Shown piece by piece: positions 1 through 13,626 of a stretch of 64,000 nucleotides of DNA (positions are counted from its first letter, which is position 1; every line of letters begins with the position of its first letter). Made by a program: the position numbers and the translations under genes. This stretch comes from Dudresnaya verticillata (Eukaryota), in NCBI GenBank assembly GCA_977862235.1, contig OZ374560.1, positions 2,046,001 to 2,110,000 on the forward strand. Reading direction: 5' to 3'. The notes under the pieces were generated by a model that was not told the origin of the DNA, made no database searches, and saw only the letters and a list, made by a program, of their open reading frames with translations.

Positions 1-77
1 ACGCCCGCAGATTCAAAGGACTCGCCAGTCTTTACCTCAATAATTGCCAAACCGGGAACGCCAAACAAGATACCCAG

Positions 78-641
78 TTGTTCGCCATGATTCTACTGGA
101 AAATGCTAAACTTCCAGAAGCCACCCTAAACCACATCATCCTTCAACTTATCAGCGAAGCTACAGTCAAGACGGATATGCCCACCCTGGAGTATGTTTCA
201 GTCTCCATAAGTGATCTATCGAAAGCCATTCGAGCCTCATCCGAAGCCGCCTCCACACTTAAAAGTGATACTCCCAACGTAGCTTCCGTCCAGACCACTC
301 TCAATTCGATATCCAGCACACTACTGCAGATGAACAAGAACGACTCTGCCAAGACAAAGGAACAGAAACGCATCCCCAATCTTACACTCGACGCAGCCAC
401 TCGCGCAGTAATCGAGATCAATATCAGCTTTACGCGCACTGGTCTGGATACACAGGGATCCTTGCTTGGCAAACGGACATACCAACACAATAATGACGCC
501 CATAGCCCCGCCAAGCGCCATATACCAGTCGGTGCAGGCCTCAAAGCCACCACCAAATGCCGTTCCTGCCACAAAATGGGCCACTGGTGGCAAGACCGCC
601 CCGAATGTGCAGCTATTGCAAAGAAGAAATTTGAGAAATAG
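78..641 (+). pseudogene. copia gag C-terminal part with zinc knuckle
   Basis: CxxCxxxGHxxxxxxxC knuckle at end of ORF 78..641. Confidence 0.75.
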
Positions 642-819
642 GTTCAACACAAATTCAAAAACGCCCAAACGCAAGAAAGCAGACTACCGACAACCCCGCG
701 CTCCGACAAGATCCAACACGACGACGATTCCGACACAGAAGCCCCTGCTTACACGCCCCAGAAAGAGAAGTCCTCGTTTTTTCGTCGGTAGGGTCCGACC
801 AGCTCCTCTCGGACCCTAA

Positions 820-3800
820 CCCCATCCTCGATGAAGGAGCTCCTACCTCCACCGGAGGGACCTCCAACGCTGCCAAGCTATGTGACATCCTCGGCATCCC
901 TCTAACACTCAGTGAACCAAGAGACCTGTACCTACATGGGTGGGGTCAAAACTGCCTCGACGCAAAGATGATCGAATGCTCCTGGACACTGACTATACAC
1001 GACATTACAGGCAAACCGACTTCATTTACCTTCGACCTCGTCAACGGCGAGTCTCCCCTCATCCTCGGACTAGACGTCAAGAAATTCTCGAATACTATCA
1101 ATCTCTCGAATCCAAGCTTCGTCGAGATCAATCGCCCCTCAGACAGTAGTGTCCGCAGGTTCAGCACATACATAACCCAATCCAACAACGACCAACGACT
1201 CCGCCTCGAGATTATCCCCCACCGCAACTCATCAATACGCACTCTCATGGCCACCATCCACCACCGTCCATCCATCTCACTTGCGAAGAAAATTCGCCGC
1301 TATACACACGCCACAGCCACAGAGATGAAAGATTTATACAAAGCCGCCGGCAAGCTGACAAAAGAACTCGCACTAGCATTCGATAAGGTACACGCCGCCT
1401 GCGAAATCTGTTGCTCAGAGGGCCGCCCTCGTCACTCGAAAAAGATTTCACTCTCACACGTCAACAAGGAATTCAACTACGAGATCCAAGCAGACTTTCT
1501 ATGGGCAGTAATCCAATCGACAAAGTACGTCATTCTCAACATCGTTGACACAGGTACTAAATACGGTGAGAGAGTCGTGGCCCCTGCAAGATCCGCCGAT
1601 ATCATGACTAAGCTGATCGACCAACACTGGATCACCAAGCACGGAGCACCAACCGCCTTCAGTTCCGACCCGGAATTCCACGTCACTAGTCTCAAACAAA
1701 CCCTCGCGCATCACAAGATACAATTTCACCCAAGACCAGCACGTCGTCACAATAAGACAGGTATCGTAGAAAGGAACAACGCCGTTTTCAAGAATGTGTT
1801 AGCCCGCCTTGGCAAGGAAAACACGACTGCCGCTCCGACTCAGCTCATCTCGCGGGCATCGTTCCTTACCAACATATTCTCCGGCTCGCACATACTCAGT
1901 TCCTTCCAGCTCGCACGGGGGTACTCTCCATCCATCCTGGGACTGCCATCTACAATCGTGACCCCAGACTTGCTCAATGCGCACTGCGAACAAGTCGCGC
2001 TTCGTGCTATCCAGAAAGTCCTAAAATCTCGTGACACTAACACAGTACCATCCCGTTTACTGAAGCCTGGCACCGCCGTCTTCATCTACCACGATAGTAG
2101 CAACAACAGCATCCCAACGCAGTGGATTCGGGCTAAAGTCATCGATGCGCAGCGCGACCGGGTCCTTTGTCGACGATCACAGCGCGGCCCGGCTATGTCA
2201 ATCGCATACGAAGATCTTCGGCTCGCGCCAACCGGGCAACTTACGGAAGAACTAATGCAATGCTCCCTCGAAGAAGAACTCTGAAACGAAGACCGAACGG
2301 ACCAGCCAGGCCCCACACTAGGCGATGACAGCTCAGCGCACAACGAAACATCATCATCAGACGAAGTTCAGCATAGCCGGCGACGCACAGTCCGATTTAC
2401 AGCGGAACCCACCTTAGTTCCAGATTCACAGCCACCGCTAGCCGCAATACCAACCCTAGCTACAGCCACCCCACTTCGGACCCGCATGCACATACCGCAC
2501 AACCCCAGCCTCCTCGCCACGAAATGCCTCGGTGACCCTACGCAAGATATCGGTACAGTCACAATCCAAGATAGCAAACCCGCCGAAGGTGACCTGACCT
2601 CAAACCGTCAGCACATCCTCAAGGACATACACGACAGAATTGGCAATGCCCAGGTATCACAGTGCAAGCTCGAATTCGCGCCACCCTGGATACTCGACGA
2701 AGCATTCAACATCGAACATGACTCCAACTGGCCCACTGCATACGAATAACACGACGAAATTACAGTACCACCCGTCGCCAATATCATAACATCGCACGTA
2801 ATATACAAGGTCAAAAAAGACGAGGATGGGCTTCACTCCATGAAAGCGCGGATCGCCCCCTGGTAATAGGGACTTCGAGAAAGACAACGTTCGAAAGGAC
2901 TCATCGACAGCGCAGTTTGCCGTTATAAGGCTCCTGCTCTGCATAACAACCTTCCTTGGGTTCCGCCTAGGCCACGCTGATGTTAAAGGCGCCTACTTAC
3001 AAAGTGGACCAATCAAGCGAGACATCTACGTTCGGCCACCGCGAGAATGGTCAGGCAATCGACGCAAGCTGTGGAAACTCACTAAACTCCCTTATGGAAT
3101 AGTCGCGGCAGGTCGTCAACGGCAGAAGACATTTGAAGAATGGCTCCTAAACGAAGCCGGCCTAGAACGCATATTCGGAATCAGTCAGCTCTACCGTAAA
3201 AGGGACGCCAAGGGCAGAACAATTCTACTGATAGCCAAAGTAACAGATTACCTACTCCTATCCGGATCACTTGACTCCATCGCCGCCTTCAACAGCCAGT
3301 TACAATCCAGATTTCGCATCAGCAAAGCCGTCATCAATCGCCCACTTTACTTCAACGGGTGCTCCATCTTGCAATCAATCGCTGGATCAATTGCTATGAG
3401 CATGCAAGCGTTCGCAGACGAGATCCGCCATCTTCCACTCTCAAGAGCACGGCGAAAGGAAGAAAACTCTATGGCAACTCCAACAGAAACTTCATTGTAT
3501 CAGGGCCTAGCCGGCGCTCTCCTCTGGCTTGGCAGCGGCGTTTTACCTCAAGCATCTTACGTTGCGTCCGCCATGCAATAAAAGCTCGGCTGTCTCAAGG
3601 TATGCCATCTAAAAGAGGCCAACACAATGCTAAAGGAGCTTATGCAACTCAAGTCCATGATCACGTACCCCTGCCCATCCGACAGCATCACTTCGGCACA
3701 CGTTTACACATTTTCGGACGCTTCATTCAACATTGGCAAAGCACAGCAGTACGGACAGACAGGCATGGTGACAGGTGTGTGCATTGATACGCCTACGGAG

Positions 3801-4241
3801 AACAAGATATTCCACGTCATAGATTGGACGAGCCACAAACAAAAACGCGTCAGCTACTCATCTTACGGTGCAGAAATTCTTGCCTGTACGGACTCCGACG
3901 ACCGCGGCTACCGCCTCCGCAACTCCATACGGTCCCTGGATCCTGTCTGCCAGATCAAGCACATCTTGCATGTCGACTCCCGTGGCCTATACGACACTAT
4001 TACAACGCTCCACGAGGGTAAGGAGTGCCGTTTACGTCAAACAGTCGAAAGAATCCGCAACAGCTTCGAAGCACGCGACCTCGACGTCCTGAGATGGATC
4101 CCTGGTTGCATAAACGTCGCAGACGCCCTAACCAAGAGGAACACAAAGAGCTTTCGCATGCTTAACGAAGTTGTAACTAGCGGGAAACTCACTATAAGCC
4201 TCGATACTGGTTACGAATTGGATAGTGCAACATGGACATAA
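820..4241 (+). pseudogene. copia pol (protease, integrase, RT, RNase H) with several premature stops
   Basis: Integrase HH..CEIC, IQADFLW, IVDTGT, FSSDPEF, TGIVERNN; RT DVKGAYLQSG and KLPYG; RNase H FSDAS, AEILA, HVDSRGL, NVADALTK; stops at 2282, 2747, ~2865, 3579. Confidence 0.9.
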
Positions 4242-4425
4242 ACGTCACCTCATCACAACAATCTCCAGCCGAATTACCAACTCGAAGACCATCCGGCCCT
4301 ACGCATTCCGATCCTCACTAAATGGGCTACATCGACGCAAGCAACCAAGTCCCCGGCATTTCCATTAACTTAAGTCACCTCCATACATTTGTGTAACAAG
4401 ATGTTAATGAGATGACTGGGGGGCA

Positions 4426-4935
4426 TGTCAAACGCAGCACAACAAATCGAAAGCAATACAAAGCAAAGCCAGCTCACGAGCACTACGACGAAATGCAATA
4501 CGAAACGAAAGCAAGACAATGCAATGCTAATCGGCGAGCACGAGAACCACCAGGCCAATTCGCACACTCACGAATACAAATACTCACGCCCCTTCACCAG
4601 GGCAAATGTGCAACCGTAATAAGTGCTAGCACAATTCGCGAACAAATGCTCATGAAAACATCGCCGAGTGCATCGCCGCGAAGAGGGCGCTACAGCCCAG
4701 AGAGGAGAAAACGAGAAGAGCATTTAAGCAGACTCCTCATTGCTAGACTGATAAACGAGAGAGGGAAGAAAAAACAGAACGAGACCTCTCCGGCATCCGT
4801 GCCGAATCAACTAGCCGCCCAGCCTTACCTCCTCATCCCTTCTGAACAGCTCTATGTCAGATCATTTCCAGCAAGCGACAGCTGTACACTACAAAACAAT
4901 AAACGTAGAAATTACATGGGAGTTTCAGTGTCACA
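4426..4935 (+). repeat. putative 3' LTR of the copia element
   Basis: Starts TGTCA right after the PPT, contains AATAAA near 4898, ends TGTCACA; no partner LTR in the window, so the right end is uncertain. Confidence 0.5.
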
Positions 4936-4956
4936 CGCGAACGCGTGCACACGTGG

Positions 4957-5191
4957 GCGCCACTGCGCACTCCCTTACAGTTCAGCGGGGCTTCGGCGCC
5001 ACCGGCTGACAGCGTGCGCACAGCAGTGCACACGTGGCGCAGCTGGTCTTACAGCTGTGCGCGCCACTGCGCACTTCCTTACAGTTCAGCGGGGCTTCGG
5101 TGCCACCGGCTGACAGCGTGTGCACAGCAGTGCACACGTGGCGCAGCTGGTCTTACAGCTGCGCGTGCGTGGCACAGCTGGTCTTACAGCT
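4957..5191. repeat. tandem repeat, two ~104-bp units plus a third copy of the terminal CAGCTGGTCTTACAGCT sub-unit
   Basis: GCGCCACTGCGCAC at 4957 and 5061; repeated peptides in overlapping ORFs. Confidence 0.9.
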
Positions 5192-6620
5192 ATGCCACAG
5201 ATATCCCTGATACCATTGGCTATTGTGGTTAACGACTTGTGTGGTGACCGTAGAGTGTTCTGGACGAGGCACAACGTGGTGGGTCTGCATTTTGAACCGG
5301 GAATGGTCTTGCTATTGTATCTAAAGAATTTTTCTCCCTCCCGCTCTCGGCAGCAGAAGGAAAGGAAAGAAGAGCATATTTTGTTGTGTCTCCCAAGGTG
5401 CTTGAATCGAGTGAAAAGATCATGGTATGGGTAAGGAGCTGCGCCGAGCGTACTGCACCCCACAACACTGTTGAAATCCCGCTTCGACGGAAATTTTGGA
5501 TAACGCAAATGAACGTCGAAGAATTCAACACGAACTACTGCTTTAAGAAGTAAGCATACGCCTTTGTCAGTTTATGGGAACTGTTCAACGACGCGGATTC
5601 TGGTTCTTACTACACACTACTCCTACTTCCTCTCGAATCCCGGCTCTGTCTACAGCCTCTCGGTATAAGAGGCGGGCTAGATGCCGAACTCTCTCACTTG
5701 CACCAATTTCCTTCTTTCGTTCTCAAGTGCACTGAGAAAAAAGGATTTCCGTCGACAGGACTGGCAAACACTCAAACCCAATGACTGTAAATGATAGCAC
5801 CGTCTCTAATGTCCCTGTTACTGTCGCCGTCTCGCCGCCGCCGTCCGCTGGTTATTTTGATATCGTCATCATCACCTGGCTTGTGAGATGTTTGGTCAAA
5901 GGTCCCTTTGGCCTCGTTCGAGCCTGGCTCTTCCGAATGAGCAGGGATTATTCCAAAACACGCATTTGAGCGATTTCAGAATATGACTTTGAAAACAGAC
6001 TGGAGTCGAATAGCTATTTTCTGGTATCATTGCAAAGGGGAGCATCCCCTGAGTATGGTGGTGAAATCCAATTGGTTAAAGGACCATTCATTCCAAAGTT
6101 ATAGCGGTTTGCGTGAATTTACCCAAAATATTTCCAGGCATTCTGAATTTCAATTTCATTGCGTCGATTTGGCCCGCGCGGGCCACTCTGCGGTCCGCAC
6201 TGGGCCAAATTGGAAATTGCCGCCCCGCGGCAGGCCCCTGGCCGCGCGCGGTGCATGCGCGCCGCATCGGCCAGCTGACCCGAGACGCGCGTGCTCGGCG
6301 CCGCATACAGACTGCCTCATCGCCCGCTCCCCCGCCCCGCCCCGCGATGCATAAGCCCTTGAGCAAAATCTGCTATCGCGGCTGCCCACCCTCATGCACA
6401 CCGTGGATCCCGCTGCCACGTCAGCTGCCATTACGGGTTCGTGCTGCAGGTATGGTGCTGCCTGCAAGGCGTAGATAGCCTCTTCATGAAAAGGATATAA
6501 TACATGCGGCAATTGCCAATGCTCCTCGGTTGTTTACTGCCTGTGCCATGCGGCTCAGTGGGCTTTAAAGCATAATTATACCCAGCTCGTTTCGTAATGC
6601 CTGAACGGGTCTGAGTACAG

Positions 6621-7717
6621 TTGGGAGGGATACCATCAGCCGAAGTTGCTGAAATGAAGACGAGAACCCAGACAGGTCTTTCTGATACCACTATTGATAA
6701 CTCTATTTTCCCGGTGCATACTCCCCTTCCACGATACAGGGCTCGGGCTCGCACATGTATTGAAACAAGCGTCGATATCAACATATGCAGTATCAATTGC
6801 CTCGAATACGTGGCGAAGAAGGAATCAATTTGCTGGTCCCGGTTTCGAGAGGATAGCGGGTTAAACTTTGCGTGTCTGAACATTCGACGTGTCAGGCATG
6901 ATGAATCCAATCTTGTCTTTAGGTACAAGAAGTACACGGTATATAGCCCAGCGGAACAATAGCGACCCAAACTCCTGATGCAGACATCTCCCGCAGACAT
7001 CCCCCGCTGATGTACTACCCCCTGTGGCAGTCCGAATGCACATCCTCGTACGTGAGAGGAAGATGTCTGACTTCGTACATAGGGAGCCTGCACGAGAAGT
7101 CAGTGATGAACTGCTTGGGAAGAGCCAGGATCTGTCGTGTCTGGATTTCAATGCCCTGCGCATACCAGAAGAAACTGACAGAGACGTGGTCCTCCGCATT
7201 GGTGAGTCCAATACTCGCATTAATTGAGAACTGCATCTCCGAGGGCAAGCGGTTCACCGGCCTTGAGGCACTGGGAATCAGACTATTCGACCAGTTTGTG
7301 TTTCTTACATTTATGGAACGCGTTCATAGACAGGCAAATGTAAAGAACTACGGACAAACTGAACGAGTTGCAGGTTTCACGGCCTTCCTAGTTGATATTC
7401 AGCAGAGAGAGGAAAATAAACTGATGTCAAATCCCGACACAGCTATTGTGCTGGAAGTACTCTCGCGGGGACATGGCAAATTCAAAAGCCGCCAGGAGCG
7501 TAATTCGTATTACGTCGCTCGTCAAGAATACAACCGTCGACGTCTTTCCGTTTCTAACATTACCGACGATGAAAGGTACGGCCATAAGCACACATATTCA
7601 AGACCGATGCGCGTCTCAAAGTACTACTACTCCTTGCTACGCAATCAGATTGATTGCTCGACTTCATCCTTGGTCGATATTAGACAGACTTTCAGGACGA
7701 AGCTTTCTTATACATGA
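6621..7717 (+). pseudogene. frameshifted gene of unknown function inside the TIR element
   Basis: Consecutive protein-like ORF fragments 6621..6962, 7024..7227 and the 3' part of 7010..7717; no recognisable motif. Confidence 0.4.
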
Positions 7718-9098
7718 TGCGAACGTCATGTTCCGCACGGGTCACCCGTACCTCCCTTACCTCCACAGTCCCTTCTGTGTTAGTTTTGGCAAACTTTCAA
7801 GTCAGGAGAAGCCAGCACATTCGCTCGAGCTCCCGCACTGGGTCGCTTGCCAGGAGAATCGCCTCGACTAAAAGGGAATCGATTACATGAGCTTCGGATC
7901 CGGAGAAATCATATCCCGATACGTAATCAAGCTTCTTCATACCCCACGGTATACCACTGTGAGCATGTTCTGGTCATGATCGTATTGGCCCATAACGAAC
8001 TCCAACTCCCGAGCACGGTTCTGTTCCATGACTCTTTCTTCATCCTTCACCTCCAAGGATCGCATTATACGTTCCGAAAATTGCAAAGAGTCACCGTTAA
8101 GGCTGCGCTGCAGCTCTGTCAATCGAAGCCTGAATTCACAGCGCATGACGTCATGAAATGCGCAGATCCCAGACTGTATTTCTGCCGGCAACGCCGGGAG
8201 GTCAATGAGCATGTCTATAGTAATAGGAATGCCTACACTTCGGTAAGAAATCCTCTTCTCTGTATGTACAGCCGTATTTCTGTTTCTCAGTACCGTCGAG
8301 GAGGTCTGTGAAATGAAACGATTGCGCGCTTTTCAACGGAAAGTAACACTTGTAGCTAATGGTTTCTGCTGTGTACGAGGCTTAGGCATTCTCTGTATAC
8401 AAATACGGATATATCTTCCAATGGACACGTTCAAATTCCGGTAATCAAAATGGCCGTACTGTACCGAAGTACTTATACCGGCAGAAGTTTGAGGACGCTG
8501 CAAAAATGCAGCCTCAACTTGCTGGATAGTTCACATGCACATCCCAGATATTAGGTGGAACCGCAGATCAGACTGTCTGAACCTCCGCAGAATAGGGATT
8601 TTCTGTATTGCTAGAACGAGGACATGTTGATATGTGGATAATTCTGGAACGTATTTACAGAGATCACTTGGACACTCTGGTACAGGCTCTAGCATGGTCT
8701 CACGTATGGTATTAATCATTTCCATGACCTTGATATTACTTATTTCATTAGACCTTTCGAACAAATAGGAGCTGCAAGCACAAAGGCAGGCGCATTTACT
8801 AAACAACGGTACCTGTACACGATACCAATAAGCAGTTCCGCAAATAGCACGCGAACCCTACATTACATGATATTGATATGATATATTTTCAAATTGAAAT
8901 TGTTACGCGTAATCAGCTGTGCGCACCATTTTTGCGCGCCATTTCTGCGCACAGGAAATATTCAGAGCATTCCCGCAACGACCCCGTCTTTGGGTAAAAG
9001 TCTATTCCCCGCCCCCATCACCGGGCACCGCACACCACCCAGTTCAGTACCACCCCGAAAACCCCGCCCTTCCCTTATGCATTTCAAGGGTCAGTAGA

Positions 9099-10346
9099 AT
9101 GCAGCCGATCTCAACCGACGAAGCTGTTGCAGCGCTCCAGCTCCTGGCCACCACGAGGGCACGACGCGAAACAGGGCTTCAGCGATATGAAGGCCCCGCT
9201 GTCATCGCCGATTCCGATGAAGAGATGGACTCACCCACTCCAGTCTTTGACACTTTCTACAGCTCAGGTGGTTCCCCGGCAATTGTTCAGATGACGGGGT
9301 TTGACCCCAATGAACTCCGTAATATCTACCGACAGCTAGAAAGCTTCATCGAGTGTGGTACATCAAGGCGCGTTATAACGTTGGAAAAGGGCGAAAGTCA
9401 AACGTTTCTGCACTGGACGTATTCTTGTTTTGTTTTGTACTGTATACTGTTTTGAAGAATGGTGGGAAGTGGGACGCACTTGGCAGAACGTTCAAGGTCA
9501 AGGGGCCCACTTTCGAAAAATGATTATGCGTTTCATCACGATGATATCACCGGAAGCCTACCGCCGTTTCGTATTGGACGTTGGGCATCGCTGGAGCATG
9601 TCGGGGTTGATTGCCACGGGGCGAACGTTTTCTTCGTTCCGGTACGCTCGATATGCCACCGATGTTACCTTTCAGATATCCAACTGTCCTTCTGGAAACG
9701 TCGCGGAATGAAAGCTGTACTATTCTGGAAAGCACAAAAACCACGGCTTGAAAGTTGAAGTTTCAGTTCTTCCGATAGGTCTGGCAATTGCATGCAGCCG
9801 GCACTTTCCGGGATCGGTCGCCGACATCGAGATAATGCGGGAGATGAACGACTGGCACCAGCCTGCACCCCGCAAGGCCCATTCGGGGACCACAATCGCC
9901 GACATTAGAATTTTGTCCGATGCGTATGCTGCTCACTGGGCTGTGCTCGCTGACAAGGGGTGTCAAGGATGGCACGAATTTTCTGCGAACGATCGTCCCG
10001 AAAAAGAAGCCGCCGAATGGGACTTTGTATTTTGAGGATGCGGCATTCAACAGGAAGGTGGCCAGCGACCGTATTATTGTCGAAAACGTCTTCGGTAGGA
10101 TGTGTGGACTGTGGGATGTGGTTTCCGCCAAGTATAGGTGGGCAGAAGGGCGTTATGATGCCATTTTTGTACTGTGCGCGAGCCCGACAAACGAACACAT
10201 TCGCTGTCACCCCCTTCGAGCGCAAGACCAGGATTTTTTCCGTCGGTAGAAGAACCGCCAGTACAACATTGGCACGGAGATTGCGGCGAACCGCAAGCGC
10301 ATTCAGGACCATTACAGACGCACGCGCAGGATGCGGCTTGATGTGA
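9099..10346 (+). pseudogene. DDE_Tnp_4 (PIF/Harbinger/ISL2EU-like) transposase, frameshifted
   Basis: YATDVTFQ, YSGKHK, KVEVSVLP, PGSVADI, WAVLADKG, ASDRIIVENVFGR motifs spread over several frames. Confidence 0.85.
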
Positions 10347-13300
10347 TGGTTTGATGTGATGTTCCACACGCGTGGACTGGCAGGCCCCAGCGAAGCGGAA
10401 AGCGGTGCTGCCGAGAACGAGTGACATTTGGGATGTGACTATGCCTTTGTTTTTTCTTTTTTCAGTTTCATTGTCCGTTTCTGGTCTGTCGTGCGGTGGC
10501 CCAGGATTTTATGCTGTCTTTGATATACTTGGGGCTAGTATTATCTTGGTCATGGTGCTTTCGTAAATTCTGTCATGTTTGTCTGAGTACTGGGCTGCTG
10601 CAGTGTTTCGCAGTATTTGGTTTAGAGATCTATTGGGTAACACGCAGACTTACGTTTGTCGTGGCATCCGATGGCAGATTGTGATCATCAGTTTGTTTCG
10701 GTGCTGTAGGGGTTTTATGATGACCATATCTGCAGGATGGAAGCACAGGCTTCAGGAAATGTCAATGTTAAACGATTCTGCGAGGGCGGACAGTAATCTT
10801 TTTCCAATTCAAAAACGCGAAGTTATTTCTATCGTTTCTGACGAACACATTCATGTTGGTACAATTGTAATGATTGTACGTTTGCGAATCGTCCACATCA
10901 CCCCCAGTCCAAGGGAGTGTGCCTACGTAGGCACGCGTACTTCCAATTTCGCCTCCACGTTGTGGAACTATTTCGTATGCCCAATTCTTACCCGCCTTGA
11001 GCATAGTTTAGATACCCTAGTAGGGCCGCTGTGAATCGGAATAACTGTACGGTTGGACGGTTAGAACTGACTTCCAAATATTTTCTGAGAAAGTACAAAC
11101 TTAGGTTGAACACCCCTACTGCACGATACGTCGATATATTTACCGACGACCAACAGAACCCTGCAGTGATTTTTAGCTTCATGTAATCTCACGGAATGAG
11201 GCAGGGCGACACCAATGGTACAGGACTCGAACTATCTTTCCGGCACAGTTAAAACCGTACGTGAGGCTGATAGTCATACGGGCAAACTTCCTTTCCAGCT
11301 TGATGCTGGAAACCGGCATGATATATCCTGTCTTTCAATACCGTAACCACTGCGCTGACTACGGACATATTGTTGTAAACCCGAAGTGCTCTTCGTGAAA
11401 CGACAACGCTTATTCCGTACTCATCAGCTTAACGCAACCAGTTGGAAACACCTACGGCAACCAGTTGGAAAGACGTAAGGCGACCGTTTGTTCAAAAAGT
11501 GCTGAATTATACTTTTGGATGGATGGGCAAGAAACGTTCTGGAAAGGGTGCTGTTACACAGTCTGAAGCGGACTAAAATTGCTTTTCTGCAAGTATGGGG
11601 AGGGCATTGTTTTCTGAGGTGATGGAGGGTTCCCTGAATATGAGATTTGACCCCAGGGCGTGCTTCCCGCTAACGGCAATAAGACCCGTGGTGCGCTCCG
11701 GAGTGAAACATCTGAAAGCTCGCATTCATCTACACTCATCAGAGAAGAAGGGTGGCGAAGGGACCATTGGGTACGTTGCCGGGTCTGACTCTCCAATTGT
11801 CATCGAAATGACAGGGTCCCTGCGGGGTCACGTCGTTGCGTATTTCAAGAATCTAAAATCCTTGAAGACCTTACTACCTCGGCACTTTCCAGAAAACGGT
11901 TCTCGTGAGCGCTCTAATGTATTCCCATGGGAATGTATGGTAATGAATTGCATCTTGTACACCTATTGCTTGCCAAGCACAGATCATGACAATGCTTACC
12001 TTCACCCCCCTTAAAGGTTTAATTCATCTGCCTTCCAATACCAGCAATAATAGGACAGGCAACTGTTTTTGCGCTTTCAGTAACATGAAGTGACATGCAT
12101 CTATATAAAGAGAGCTGACTGAGACTGGGGTCTCTCATGCTGAGGCAAAATGCTACCTACAGACCCAGCCCCGTTGTCGCTGGTTGAAGAAGTTCGCGCG
12201 CTGCGCGCAGAGCTCGACGAGGCTCGCGCGCGCGCTTCGGAGTAGCTGGACACACCAGTCTGGCTCCGGGCACAGCTGATGGGGTGGGCTCGCGATATGA
12301 TTGCGAGGGCTGGCCTGGTTGGAGAGGGGGTGATGCGAGGGGCTCTAGGGGTGATGGCTCTGTTTGGGTGGGAAGTGCCGGAGGAGTGAACCGTAGAGGA
12401 CCCTGGTTCAGATGTTTAGGTAGCAAGAACGTTAAAGGGGTTAGGTCACAGTCGGTTTCTATATAACACGGCAGTCAATAAGTATGTAGATACGCGAGAG
12501 GGGTGCAAGAGGGGGTTTCGTGCGTGAGTACGTTTACATACACACAGTTCCCGAGTGAAGTAGAAGCAAAGTGCTCATTTGCTTCACGCCAGTGTGTAAC
12601 CAGTGTGTAAACAGTCCCCAAATGCGCGTTACTGAGAATGCAGGCCGAGTATTGCAGGGAAAGCAGTATGCTGCTCGAGGGAAGGTTAAAGGGAGAGGAG
12701 AATGCTGGGGGAGGGCGGTGAGCTGCGGAGGTTGGTTGGGTATGTCTGGGGTGCGGAAGTGGCCTTTGGCATCGCAGGAAGGGGTCGCACGGCGGAGGCC
12801 CGCATCGCGATGGCTAGAGGGCGCGACGGGGTGATGGTGCCCGGAATCAGAGAGTGCATGCGGGAGGGTCCCCGCGACAGGAGGGCATGGGCATGGCCAT
12901 AGCGGGGCGGGGCGGAAAAGAATGAGGAGGCAGTCTGTATGCGTTTCCGTACGTTTGCCTTGGCCAGTTGCGCGCGCACAGCACTGTGCAAAGGGTGCAC
13001 CAGACGGGCGACGAAGCAGTCTGTATGCGGCGACGAGCACGCGCGGCTCTGGCCAGATGGCCGATGCGGCACGCATGCAGCGCGCGCGGCCAGGGGCATG
13101 CTGCGGGGCGGCAATTTCCAATTTGGCCCAGTGCGGACCGCGGAGTGGCCCGCGCGGGCCAAATCGAGGCAAGGAAAAATGAAATTCAGAATACCTGGAA
13201 ATATTTTGGATAAATTAACGCAAACCGCCATAACTCTGGCAGGAATGGTCCGTTAGCCAATCGGATTTCACCACAGTCCTCAGGGGACGCTCCCCTTTGC

Positions 13301-13563
13301 AACGACACCAGAAAATAGCTATTCGACTCCAGTCTGTTTTGAAAGCCATATTCTGAAATCGCTCAAATGCGTGCTCTAACTAGAAACCAATTCTCCTCAT
13401 AGTAATGATTGGTCGGTGTAGGAGACGAGTCGAGGGCTTAGTACACGTAAAAAATTTGTAAAAATAAAGATCAACCCGTTATTACCATCCCTTGCCGCCA
13501 AACCTACTTCTACGCACGCCTAAAAATAATACTAGATCACCCTTTTTGGCCCAATAGAACATT

Positions 13564-13626
13564 CAGCAGCAGCAGCAGCTAGAGCATCAGTAGTATCAGC
13601 AGCAGCATCAGCATCAGCAGCAGCAG
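13564..13626. repeat. imperfect (CAG/CAT)n microsatellite
   Basis: Direct reading; a shorter (CAG)n run is at 14275-14290. Confidence 0.8.

Larger units (their letters stand above)
1..4935 (+). mobile_element. Ty1/copia LTR retrotransposon, 5'-truncated by the window edge, decayed
   Basis: Order gag zinc knuckle (CRSCHKMGHWWQDRPEC), protease (PILDEGAPTSTGG near 820), integrase, RT, RNase H is the copia order; G-rich PPT at ~4418-4423 followed by TG-starting LTR. Confidence 0.9.
5959..13373. mobile_element. DNA transposon-like element with ~365-bp terminal inverted repeats (CACGCATTTGAGCG...), superfamily unassigned
   Basis: 5959-~6325 is the reverse complement of ~13008-13373 with high similarity; no TSD seen; interior holds decayed ORFs. 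Confidence 0.75.
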
